Below, piece by piece: positions 9,548-21,330 of a stretch of 24,924 nucleotides of DNA. The notes beneath the pieces were generated by a model, which was not told where the DNA came from, ran no database searches, and saw only the letters and a list, made by a program, of their open reading frames with translations. The DNA comes from Octopus sinensis (lineage: Eukaryota): positions 1-24,924 of the forward strand of contig NW_021834141.1 of the NCBI RefSeq assembly GCF_006345805.1. The letters are read 5' to 3'. The translations under genes and the position numbers were made by a program. The stretch's first letter is position 1. Each line of letters starts with the position of its first letter.

Positions 9548-12500
9548 CATCCAGTCCAAAGAACAAATTAAAACACCCAGCTGGACGATAAAAACAAAAT
9601 ATATAAAAAAATTTGACGAAAATATTATTTTCAAAAATCATGATTTTCATATTACAGTCGTCATATAAGTTGCCAGTAACAATGATTGTTAAGTTTTCAT
9701 AAAAAGTATTTTGGTATCGTGTTACTTTCGATTCCAAGGTTAACACAACTCCTTATAGAAACTCAACTATACATTTCGTGATAAACAGTCAGACATAGCC
9801 TTTATTCGCCGTGTTTAATGACACTATGAACATCCATGCATGTCAACTTCCCCAAGGAGACGTGAAATAAGAAGAATTTTCTTAGGGGAGACAGACTTAA
9901 CAGGTAGTTCGTGTCAAATGGCTCCATTTAGTTATAGTTTATACAAAGACTAGTCGATTAGAGGCATTTTTTGAAGTTTTTTGTAGATTTGAGTGTCTGT
10001 TTTCGAATGAATGCTGTCCTCTGGGTCTTCAGGTTCAGAGATTGGGGTTAAAAAAGAAAAAGAAGAAAAAACTGTTGGCTATTCCTTACAATTAAGTGGA
10101 GAACAGACGTTTTCTTACGACAAAACAGGGAAAAATGATGTTTTACCTGTCTAACTAAAAACGCCGGTTTTCCATTGATTTTTAGTTCTTTTCTCACCTG
10201 TTTAATTAGAAAAAGAGTTTAAATCATATTAAAGTAAAGAGCTGTTAGTGTATGTTTCATAAGGATTCAGTGTTAATCGTTTCGGATTGAATTCTGATTA
10301 AAGGGAATCCTCAATACGAAAGTTTAAAGTTTTTTTTGGAGTTTTGGAAATCAAAAAGTGAAATTCAAGCTTATATTACTATTTATAATATCTGATTGTT
10401 ATAAAAGATTTTATTCATTTCCGTTATCATGACAAGGCTTTCTTAAACAGTCTTAAATATGTCGCAATATCAAATGAGAGATGTAGCACCTGTCTTCGCA
10501 GGTCACAAAAAATTTTGAAAAACCCACAACACCAATTTTCCCAATCAATATCAATTTTTTTACATTTTACAACTTTTTTTAGGTTTTCCATTTAAAAACA
10601 AATATTGAAAGATTAAGAATTATTATTGATTTTTTAAATAAAATTCATATTTTTTAGACGACTTTGGTGTATATTTTTGAATAAATCATACAATCCGGGC
10701 AAATTTTAAAATCTCTTTTTTAACCAAGTCGGCAGAAATTTAAAGATGCCTCAAATCATTTTCCACAATTTCCGAACATTCCTCAAATAAATATTAACAG
10801 ACAACTTCTTGGCTTATAATGAGCATATTTGTAATTCCACGGCAACTCAGCAACGTAAAGCAACTAAAATCGTCAAGATTCTCTCTATAAAATACTCTAA
10901 TGCGTCGACATGTCCGGTCGTCAAATCACCAAACTACTCATGCATCTCATTCTCCCTGGATTTATGCCTAATTGATTCACAGACAAATTTTAGAGCTATC
11001 AAAATCCTCTCAGACTACAGTCCTCACATCAGAGGATCTTCCACTGTATGTCTTCTTAATCAGCCAGTAAAGATATATTCTTGTAAAGATCCTAAAAGCA
11101 CTCGGGATATATGCTGCGGCCTTTGATTTTAAAATTTTAGGAATGACAGTTCCGACACCTGTTTATAGGCAAGTTGTGTCTATTCGACGTTCTTGCAATG
11201 GGCGCTCGATCAGTTACAAGAGGCGAGAATGCTCAGTTGCAAAAGTCATGAAGACCCAAATCGGCCGATTTATTTCTAACTTTAAATTTTCCTCCATTTT
11301 TTGACAAAGAAGAACTCACAGTTAAAAAAGTCTTTCTAGGTAATTGAAGCTAAAAGGATTTAGCGATAAGTAAAAATAAAAACTCATTGTAATAAAAGTC
11401 AAGGCCAGCTGCTCCGGGTATCGTTACCTATGAGTCTTTGAGGACAGGCAGTTGTGCCACATAGTGAGTCATGGCCGAATGCTATGCCAATTGTTAGCCT
11501 CGAAGCATTATTAGAGGATGACTGCATGGGCATCCGTACTACACATCTGCAAATAACATCGTTGCAGATATAAAAAATGGTTGGAGTCGTGGTGTACATC
11601 TACTCTCTTTTGTAGTCTTCAGACCATTATTACATTCTACTCGTCAAAAACTTAAAAGAGCTATGTCTGATTTTATTTTTTGCTAAAAATTGTATTAAAA
11701 AATTTAAAAAATAAATTATTTATTTTAATTTCAAGCAGTGGTTAAATCCAGCAGTGGTCAAATCCACGCTTTTAAAGAGAATTTGTTTTTGAATGCACAA
11801 AAGAAGCTGCCTAGAACTCTTTCTCTTTGTTTGTAGGGGATATGTAGTGTTGCGATTACGCTGTCGGGATGCATCCATGTTCTGAACAACAAGGATTAGC
11901 AAGTTATCACTAATCTTATAGGTTAGGGAGATATTTAGTAGCCATATTTCGTCTGATAGTGTTTATTTGTTATGAATATTTAATCATAACGAGTCGGATC
12001 TCCAAATTAAGCAGTCTTAAGTGACAAATGTAAAGTACTAGAAGTGGATATATCTTTGAGCTTCTATTTGAAAATTTATCATACTTTGCTATAATCATTT
12101 GAACGATTTGTTTTTCATTGTGAGTCGCTTCGCCATCGTTGCAGGACTCCAAAAATAAAACATCTGTACTACTCTACGGAGTTATCTATTTGGAAAATAA
12201 AATGTCATGGAATGATTTTGTTTGAAATTCTTTATAGTGACGAAACAAATCTTAAAACTGAACTAAACAAAGACACAAGCTCATCAAATGCATATTAAAA
12301 TGTGTTCATGTCAATGTTCTACTCCTAGTGTTATTTTGTCTCAAAAATATTTCCGAATTTAATGTGAACGATGCTCTTGTCAAAGTCATTCAGATTTTAG
12401 CTTTTGCTAGTATTCCAACTCTTAATTCTCAACATGACCATTCTAAAATATTTAGAGTCCACCAAATGACGGTTTGCCGGTATTATTCTTTTTTTTGACC

Positions 12501-13319
12501 TTAGCTTCAAATTCGACTTTAAAGAAGAATCTGTCAATTATAAATCTACCTTTTCTTCTGACTTTCTACTTCCTTCTGAGATAATGACCGAAGGCACTGT
12601 TTCTCGTAGAATTCGAATTTCGTGGAATACGCAATGTGCAGGGAATTTTACAAACTTCATATAAGTAATAAAAAATTAACAAATCACGTAAATTTTAATT
12701 ATATGTTATATGTTATGCTAGTTATGAAGGAGTGCTCAGCCTGACGACAGAAGACGTAAATTTGATTAATAATTCAGTAACTGGGCATACTCTCTAGTCG
12801 AATATGGATGAAATAAGTCAAGCTAAAAATCACAGCCAAATTATGAACTTGATTGGAGAGCTTTTTCTGTCAACAGCTACAAAATGTGGTTATTAACTGG
12901 AACAAGGGTGGATTGGTTTTTATGATGTTCATAGTTTATTGAAATATTTAAGATTTTTTACATCGCTGCCCAGCAGTGAAAAAGACAATTTTATGATTCG
13001 ACAAATATTGAAATTATTCACCCAGTTCTTACGGAACGACATTTTTGTTTTTTCCGATGCAATCAATTTCACCAAAATATTCAGTTTTCTAAATAGAAGA
13101 GTATGTCTTGAAGTTCTGGGAACATCAATTACTGAGTTCATATTTTGCATTCACTTAATAGAAATAAAAATGCATGTTTATCTCACGTCTTTCAAATATT
13201 ATTGAATAGACTTGAATGCTCGATTTTTTCGATTCAGTGTAAAATGCATCGAATTTCAAAAATCGTACAAGTCATGGCCTTGCTAACATTGGAGTATTCG
13301 GTTTATTGACATAGTAGAC

Positions 13320-13664
13320 CAGTGATTCTCAAGTGCGGCCCCTAAGATCTAATTGAGGGGCCTATTTTTTTAATTTAATATTTTTAAATTTTATAGATAC
13401 AAAATTGTCCCGTTTTTTTATTTGTTGTTGTGATGTTAAATTCTAAACGTTTTCGAAAATTTTCCAATGAAAATAGGATTTTTTAACACATCTGGGAAGA
13501 AAAATATTTAATTATTGAGGTCAATGGAAAAGCTTGCGGCCCCAATGGAAAGGCTTACTTTTTCCAAAATATGCAGTTAATAAATAATTATTAAAAATTA
13601 TTTACGGCCCTTGTAATTTTTTTTAAATTTGAGGCCACTGAGTAAAGAACCTGGAGAATCACTG
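13320..13664. mobile_element. Non-autonomous hAT MITE, 345 bp
   Basis: Perfect 11-bp TIR CAGTGATTCTC (13320-13330 / 13654-13664). Perfect 8-bp TSD TAGTAGAC (13312-13319, 13665-13672). Internal (G/A)CGGCCC motifs. No ORF. Confidence 0.95.
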
Positions 13665-13938
13665 TAGTAGACTAAACCTGTTAAATTGTGGCAGATTGAT
13701 TGATTGTATATCTATCCTTTTAAAAGTTATATAGTATAACCTTCATTTGGGGCAGTTCTCTGGCTTGGGGAACCTCTATATTTGTAGAAATCTCTATTTT
13801 TAGGGTAGTTTGGAAAATATATAATTTTTATGGGGGTAATTTCCAAATTTAGAAATTACTGGAACCTCTAAGTGGGGCACATGATTTTTAATTAAAAAAA
13901 GTTTATTTGTTGGAGTATCATTTTTTAGTTACTAATAA

Positions 13939-15420
13939 CTAACTAATCTGTACAATTCTCCTCCTTTTTGAACCGTTGCAGTGGATCTGCGTATTCCCTT
14001 CCTCTAACACTTCATATGACACATGAGACACATCTTCCGGCAAATCTGGTGTTTCTCTAGCCAATTTTAGGAGGTGGTTGGTGGCCCTCGAAACTTGTTC
14101 CTCATGCTTTTCAATTTCCACTCCATGTTTATGTTCAACAAACATGCTCTCCAATGTCTTTTTAATCGTCAGCGATTGTATTTACGATTTAGTGGAAGCA
14201 TCCAACTTTAGTCTTTCCATATAAGACTTATAGAATTTAGAAACTATCCCGTCCCATGTGAGGACAATGGGGATTATCGTTACCTTCGCACCATGGATTT
14301 GAGATAATTCTCCAGCAAGAAGATCATATTTATGTAGTTTTTCTACTTCCACTTGCTTTAACATGGCGTGGGAAGTAATTCCAACTTCAATTAGAGTGAT
14401 TTCGTTTTATCAAGGAGAAAGATATCTCGTCTATTGTTTTTTACATGAACATCTGTCTGCAAGGTGGTTTCCACTCTTATCTCCACTTTATGATTTAAGC
14501 TAACCGACTGGACTGTGTGTGACTTTAACCTTTTGGTTTTCCTGATTCCATATTGGTGGCAGAGATGCAAATGGATGCATCTTATAACTTCATTATGTCT
14601 TCTGGTATAATCACTGTTTAGCATTCTGCTACATCTTGTAGACATGTGATCAACATATTTTTTAGCTTGATTACAATGATTGCACATTCCCCCGTTATCG
14701 TTGAAAAATATATTACGATCCTGAATAATACAATACATTGCTTCTGATCTCGGACTGTTGTTTTTATTCACTAGCCATTCCGTAGACATATTGATGTCAA
14801 CATACTGATCCTCACAACATTTGAAAAGTACGGAATGCAACATCTTCGATTTAATAATCTTCATTAGATTCTTTTGTTGATTCTCCTTGATTATGTTTAT
14901 ATTCAATTCTGAAGGATCTTCAATATTGTATTTGAAGGTAAGAAATCTTGCGATGGTGGCCATATGTGTTTTATTTATTTTCAAGACCCGCAAGATTCCA
15001 GACTTTCTGAGACACATTGTAGACTTTCTTTCAAGATCAGTCAAAAATTGGTATAACATGCATTCACTTTTATGGACAATTGAATTAAGTCCTCTTCCAA
15101 GTTAGATCTGCTTATATATAATCTTTCCTTATTTGCAGGTTTCAGATGAACATGTAAATTAGATAGAATTCTTCGAACTTTGGTATCAATGGCTTGAAAC
15201 TCGTGTGGCTCAATGTCAATTAGTCTAATATAGTAATTGTAAAGTGATAGGGAATATTCATTAATTGCCTTGAATAGATTCTGCATTTAGCTTTGTGTTC
15301 ACTAAGCTTTCAATTCTCTTCTTTACATTTTGTGCAATTTTTTTCATAACTTCATGCTTCAATACATTGCTTCCTTTGTCTTCCAGGACTCCCAGATATC
15401 GATATCCATAATATATCGAT
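13939..15420 (-). mobile_element. R4/Dong-like non-LTR retrotransposon, 3' half (end of RT, CCHC knuckle, restriction-like endonuclease)
   Basis: YRYLGVLE (RT end), NLFKAINEY..KERLYISR, CNHC-X8-H-X4-C, YTRRHNEV, NNRRDIFLLDK..ITLIEVGITS..EVEKLHKYDLLA..IIPIVLTWDG. The RLE motif PD is here RD. Several frameshifts. Confidence 0.9.
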
Positions 15421-15998
15421 CTGAATAAATGAACGTGTGCCCATTATTAGTATGTTTGTACAGCGGAGGTACTCACTAATGTGAAACGGCTGAAACTACG
15501 TTTAAACAGACTTAAGATATTAAATTTTATTTATTTTTTTAATTTTCTTAATTTATAGAATTAAATACAAAAAAATTATTAACGTGTTAAGCACGTTATA
15601 TTCTTTTTTTTGTGGTGTGCATTTCTGTTGTTAATTCTTATTTTATTATTTCATCCTATCAATATTTTGTTTTATAATATTACCGTTTTTATATGTTTGA
15701 AGATTAATTAAATTGGCCATTTGTAAAATATCCTGAATAAGATTTATTTTGCAAGAAAATTTGTATCTATTTTATCAATTGATTAATCTCTATTCATATG
15801 AATTTTTTTCGATTAAATTTATTTTATTCTACACTATATTGATCATTTTTAGTATTTTATAGTTTATTTTTCTATTTTTAATATTCATTAAAAGAACGCT
15901 AACGAGTTTCGTTAATGGCGTTGGTTCTAGCTTTTCTGGCAAGCCTGTCCCTAATTTTAAACACAGAGATATCATTTCTCTATTTTTTTCAAATACAA

Positions 15999-16517
15999 TT
16001 ATTTTTTGATTTCTCCACATACAGTAAAATCTCTCGCATATGATAGATGTACGATGGGATATAATGAAGGAAAACGATTACGGACAAATTTTAATATATG
16101 ATCTCGTTGAATAGAATTGAATTCGTTTTGACAGCCAGTTGCGGAGAAAAGTAAATTCCTTGCGAAAGGAGAGATCTCACCAGGGATAATTCTTGTACAT
16201 ATGCACATGACGGCCAACATTAGGCGTCTTCCCGTCTCAGCAGTTACCGGAGAAAGAAGGTCCTTGATATGGATGGGCTTCATACCATCAATACCACAAC
16301 TGCTGCTGAGGGGGAAAGAACTGAGAGCAGCAGATATTTCTAGCCAGTAAATGCAATTTCCTCCCATTTATTCGATTAAGAGACTTTTTATAGTGACGGA
16401 ATATGCGTTACAAACGGAACCAGTGACCAACTCAGGAATTTCTGATAGATCTTCCGGTGCCGCAGGGTGTTTTGAACGTAGTTGACTGAGAACCTTGTCC
16501 GAAGGAGGGGCAATAGA
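15999..16517 (-). mobile_element. CRE-like reverse transcriptase fragment with internal deletion
   Basis: SIAPPSDKVLSQLRSKHPAAP (manual translation from 16517), SFPLSSSCGIDGMKPIHIKDLL and NEFNSIQRDHIL..V...P.LYPIVHLSY. RT domains between FSAT and NEFNS are missing. Confidence 0.8.
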
Positions 16518-16519
16518 TG

Positions 16520-17169
16520 AGTTTTATTCTATCTTCAATTAACGTACATATTCTGGTGATTTTTCCCTTTCTCGACTTCTTATATCCAAAGGAGCAAATA
16601 AAGTCCAGGGCCGTGTCCTTTTAACTTTTGGATTTCAGACTGGAGAAATTAGCAAGAAGAGTGAGGTTCTCTTTGAATTTAGTAATTCTTTTCTCAATAT
16701 TTTCCCTCCAAGAGCTTCTTATTTTATTTTCAAGAACCAAATTTTCGTATGCACATTGTCCTGTATAAATAATATCCCTGATTTCATTTATATCCTTTGG
16801 AGGACAAGTCAATACATAATTTGAAATCCTTGCATCCAAAGCAACCAGAATATCTTTTTTAACCAATTTATATGGAATCTTGGTACACAATTGGTATTAA
16901 GTTGGAATTATAATGTCTGAATATGGATGCACTTGTATCGACTCATCAATTAGATCTTGGCTTCCCAATCAAAAATATATGATTTGACTACTTCCCTTCC
17001 ATTTCTTGCACAGTGTGCATACCCTCTCGGCCAATGCATTTGACCTATTGAAAAGGATCCTCAGTCCAAGTCGAACTTGATTGAAAATTAGTGTTAGTGC
17101 AATGGTCTCAATTGAAGAACAAAACATTCCGGAAATAGTGTATGATGTGTCAAATGATCGACTACGCAT
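16520..17169 (-). mobile_element. N-terminal region of R4/Dong-like retrotransposon ORF
   Basis: TKIP.KLV..DIL..INEIRDIIYTGQCAYE..KIRSSWRENIEKRI and YTISGMFC..LTLIF resemble, from memory, the N-termini of the family seen at 13939-15420. Same strand as that fragment. Confidence 0.55.
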
Positions 17170-17479
17170 GTCATAAGCAACAGATGAAAAAACGCTTGAT
17201 GTGAATTTGGTCTACTTTTAGATACTAATTACAAAAATCGTCGTCGCTTTCGTACTTATCATAATGATTATCATATTCTTGCACTTCCGCAGTGGTGTAT
17301 CACTATGACGGCGTCACTCGTCAATCCTATAGGAAGGAGAACAATTTTTGGGTAATTTGATGTAACCCGATCAAATAGTCTTAATAATAAAATGGTATGG
17401 TGTGTGTCTGTCTGTGTGTGCACACCAACTTCAAATTGGCAAAGTACAGATAAATTGTCAAAATCTTTTCCCCTTATAA

Positions 17480-19611
17480 CAGGGGTGGCCAACCTTTTTC
17501 ACCGGCGAGCTACTTTTCATTTTGCGATTTTTTGGAGATCGACTTATATATTTTAATATCAAAAATTTTATTTTACAATTAAAAATTAATGCGATTTTTG
17601 GCATTGTAATTCACTTGCGATTATTTCAAATTCTGGCTCGTATAAGCTTATTGCTATTCTCATGCAATCCCCAAGATGGTCATCCGTTAAACGTGTCCTG
17701 TATTGAGATTTTATCATTTTCATACTTGAAAATGATGTTTCGGATAAATATGTGCTTCCAAAGCATGAAAGAATTCGTTGATACGAATCAATCAAAATTG
17801 GATATTTTTCCTGAGACATAAATTTCCACATGTTGACATTTGAATGTAATTTTAAAGTGATGTCATTTTTTAGATTTATAATTTCTATTTGACTTTTTCT
17901 TCGATCAACGTCAAAAATCTTGCTAAATTCTTCTGAAATATTTTCGATGTCTACATCCATGAACGGAGAAACAAAGAAACTGCATAATATAGTAATTTTC
18001 TTGAAATCGCTAAATCTGTTATTAAACTCGTTCATTATTTTTTTAGTACCATAGCAAATTCATTGACATAATGATTTTTATTCACAAGTTGTTTTGTGAA
18101 TTCATCTTCAATGTTAGGAAAATGGGTAAAATTTTCTTTTCTGATTTGAGATATCCATAATTCCAACTTCATTATGAAAGCATTTATTGAACTGATCATA
18201 TCGATAATATATCTATTCTTTCCCTGTAATTCTAAATTGAGTTCATTCAGTTTGCTGGTAATATCGGTTAAAAATGCCAAGTTTATTAGCCAAACAGGAT
18301 TTTCAAGAAAATGCCAATTCTTGTTGTTTTCTTTAGAAAATTCTTTAATGTATGATAATAATTCTCTGAAACGACTGAGAATTAATCCCTTGCTTAACCA
18401 TCTTATGTCACAATGTAAAGGTAGATCGCCATAGATTGCATCGACTTGTTCTAGAAAAAGTCGAAATAATCTTCTTTGTAGGGGCTTGGCTCGGATGGAA
18501 TTAATAATTTTAACTGTTGTCTCCATAACATAGTTGAAATTTAACATTTTCCCACATAATGCATGTTGGTGAATGATGCAATGATATGATAAAAATTTCG
18601 GAAAATGTTCATCTTTCCGACAAAATGCAATAAATCCATTTTGATTCCCAATCATTGCAGGGGCTCCATCTGTTGTTATGGATACAAGTTTCTTCATTAA
18701 CGGTAATAATTCGAATGATAACAAAAACGTTTTGAAAGAATTATAAATATTTTCACCAGTTGTTCTTTCTTTCATAGGTATAATAGCAAATAACTCTTCC
18801 TTGACAGTTAGATCATGGAAGATTAAACGGGAAAATACACATAGTTGGGCGATATCAATAGCATCGTTTGATTCGTCAAACTGTAGAGAAAAACACGAAC
18901 ATGCGTAAAGATCCTTTTTTAACTGCGAAAGAAGATTTTCAGAAATGCTTTCAGCCCTTCTGACAATTGACTGTTTTGAGAGCTGAAGCTCTTTGATGCA
19001 ATTTGAAATTTCCTGTTTATTTTTCATACCATCAAATAGTGAATCGGCAGCTTCCAAAAAACAAGATTTTAAAATTTCCCCATCAGTGAAAGGTTTTTTG
19101 TGTTTTACGAGGAGACGAGTCACTCGCAATGATGCAATTGTTGCAGATCTGGACGAATTAATAAACTTTTTCAAAATTGTATGTTGTGAAAAAAAAGATT
19201 TTTTTAATTGTTCAACTTTCTCTTCCCGTAATAAGGAATTTAAAGGAAAGTGTTTGTTGAACTCGGGATGTAAAGAATTAAAATGCCGACAGATTTCCCC
19301 TTTTTGGTAATGAAATGATTTTATTGCATAGCATACATGTGCATTTTTCCATGTGCATCGTAAAAATATAGTCTTTTTCCCATTTGGCATTAAATTTATA
19401 TGATTTGGACTTTTTGTTACACCTCATAACAAGACACGTGAAAAATACTTACTTTAATATTGATAAATATTTTTTTATAATAATTTAAATGCTGCAATTT
19501 CCTTTGAGGATGAGTTTTGCAATGATTTAAATACAAAAAAAATAATTAGCAATTTATATATCGAGCGATCGACCACGAAACATGCCGCGATCGACCGGTT
19601 GGCCACCCCTG
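17480..19611 (-). mobile_element. hAT DNA transposon (Buster/Charlie/SPIN group), 2132 bp, complete ends
   Basis: Perfect 15-bp TIR CAGGGGTGGCCAACC (17480-17494 / 19597-19611). Perfect 8-bp TSD CCTTATAA (17472-17479, 19612-19619). Subterminal GCGATCGACC occurs twice. Internal transposase present. Confidence 0.97.
17586..19427 (-). pseudogene. hAT transposase with two frameshifts
   Basis: ATG at 19427 gives MRCNKKSKSYKFNAKWEKDYIF..CMLCNKIISLPKRGNL (BED finger). It shifts near 19290 into RHFNSLHP...SLQFDESND, SITTDGAPAM, YHCIIHQHALC, IRWLS. A second shift in the T7 run at 18038-18044 leads into the dimerization domain (FGSTYLSETSFSSMK). Confidence 0.95.
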
Positions 19612-19700
19612 CCTTATAATTAGCCAATGATGGGGAACAAGCTTAAAATCATGAACTCCTCCAAGAATCTTCCACCCAAAAATCTAACATATCAAGAATA

Positions 19701-20216
19701 TCCTCGATGATGAGGTCCTTAAAATCTTCCAAATCTTCCATCCCCGCTAAAAAAATTAAAAAAAATTTTCTGCATTTTGGTTAAAATGAACAACTACGAT
19801 GTCCTCGACTTACATGATGAGGTCCTTAAAACCTTCACCCCAAAAAAAATTAAAAAAAATTTTCTGCATTTTGGTTAAAATGAACAACTACGATGTCCTC
19901 GACTTACATGATGAGGTCCTTAAAACCTTCACCCCAAAAAAAATTAAACAAAAATTTTCTGCATTTTGGTTAAAATTAACAACTACGATGTCCTCGACTT
20001 ACATGATGAGGTCCTTAAAACCTTCCCCCCAAAAAAAATTAAAAAAAAATTTTCTACATTTTGGTTAAAATGAACAACTACGATGTCCTCGACTTACATG
20101 ATGAGGTCCTTAAAACCTTCCCCCAAAAAAAATTAAAAAAAAATTTTCTGCATTTTGGTTAAAATGAACAACGTGAATGTCCTCGACATTCATGATGAGG
20201 TCCATTAAAACCTTCC
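19701..20216. repeat. Tandem repeat, 94-95 bp unit, about 5.4 copies
   Basis: Anchor TTTTGGTTAAAA recurs at spacings of 94, 95, 95 and 94 bp (GG at 19779, 19873, 19968, 20063, 20157). Differences are mainly in homopolymer lengths, and the last unit is more diverged. Confidence 0.97.
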
Positions 20217-20999
20217 AGGCAAAAATCTCACGTTCAAGAATATCCTTGATGAAAACGACAGAGAGAATATTAACAATGATGAACTCCCAATTATTCGCGA
20301 TAAAGAAATTCAATTCATCCTATGATTTTCTCTTTAAAATTAAATGCATATATCATTATCGACCATGAATCAAAATTAAAGCGATTATCATATTTGACTT
20401 TGACAGAATGTGCAATTACAGATTGCACGACCTTGAATAGAGTGTGCAATTAACAGATTTTGAAAAACACTTTGATAGTTGAAACCACATTAGCACAATC
20501 ATTAACACAATTTACCACCAATTGACAGCGCAATCAGAAGAATTTGCGTAAAAATATTAACTATTTAGTTAAGTTTTTCGTAAAGATAGAATTTATTTTC
20601 GGTATGCTTCTTTTCCTAAACTTTTTTATTATTCAAAAATAATTTTTTCAATAGATAACCGAAGGACGCATTCGACGCAATCAAGAAGCAGCCTGTAGTT
20701 CCGTTGCGCTTTAAAAACGTCGAGAAAGGACGGGCTACTTTCTCAGTGGCCAAGACAGTGCATGACAACGACGTGGAACTGCACAATAATCAGCAGATGT
20801 ACTCATGTGGGTCACTGGCTCCAAAGTTCTCCAGAAACACTTGTGGATGTTCATGTCTTTCAATATTATACAAGAAGGCTGAAGAGTGGGAGGAGGTTGA
20901 AGGGTTGGGGGGTCAGTTTAATGGCATAGATGTCTCTATCTGTTGGCTGAGTTTTTGAAATGTGAGAAGGGGGAGGTGAGGAGTATATGTGGAGAGGAC

Positions 21000-21330
21000 T
21001 GTCACGATTTACTCACATCTCTCCCTGTGGCATCCTCCTATGGGGAATATACCAGGCACTGTGATTTCTTAAAGACATTGTGTGACTTGGTTGGTGCTGA
21101 TTGGCTATTTATGTTGCCTGGAGTTGCGAAGGGAATTGGCGGGAAAAAATTTGAAGAATATTTGGAATTGTTTTTTGAATCGATTTTCTTATAAATTGGT
21201 AGAAATATTGATTATAATTGAAGGAGGGTGATTTGGAGAGAATTAGCAAGTCGGGGGAGGTGTGTTTGCGTGACCTGGGATGCCTTGTTGGGATAGATGT
21301 GCTGTACTCTCGTGTAGAACAGTGGGACAT
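21000..21330 (-). mobile_element. Possible degraded AP-endonuclease region of a Jockey-like LINE
   Basis: IPTRHP....TSPDLLILS resembles the APE PTR...SxPDL motif. Strong purine skew on the + strand, the mirror of the C/A-rich element at 4096-6055. Nothing else is recognisable. Confidence 0.35.

Noticed and set aside
11399-11599. ATMLFADV in an alternative minus frame as a cyclase or RT motif
   Set aside because: Isolated match flanked by stops, with no supporting motifs.
15464-15500. TACAGCGGAGG.. as a Tc1-type TA+TIR start
   Set aside because: No matching inverted copy was found in the window.
19701-20216. Tandem array as a CRISPR array
   Set aside because: There are no unique spacers (whole units repeat), no cas genes, and the context is eukaryotic.
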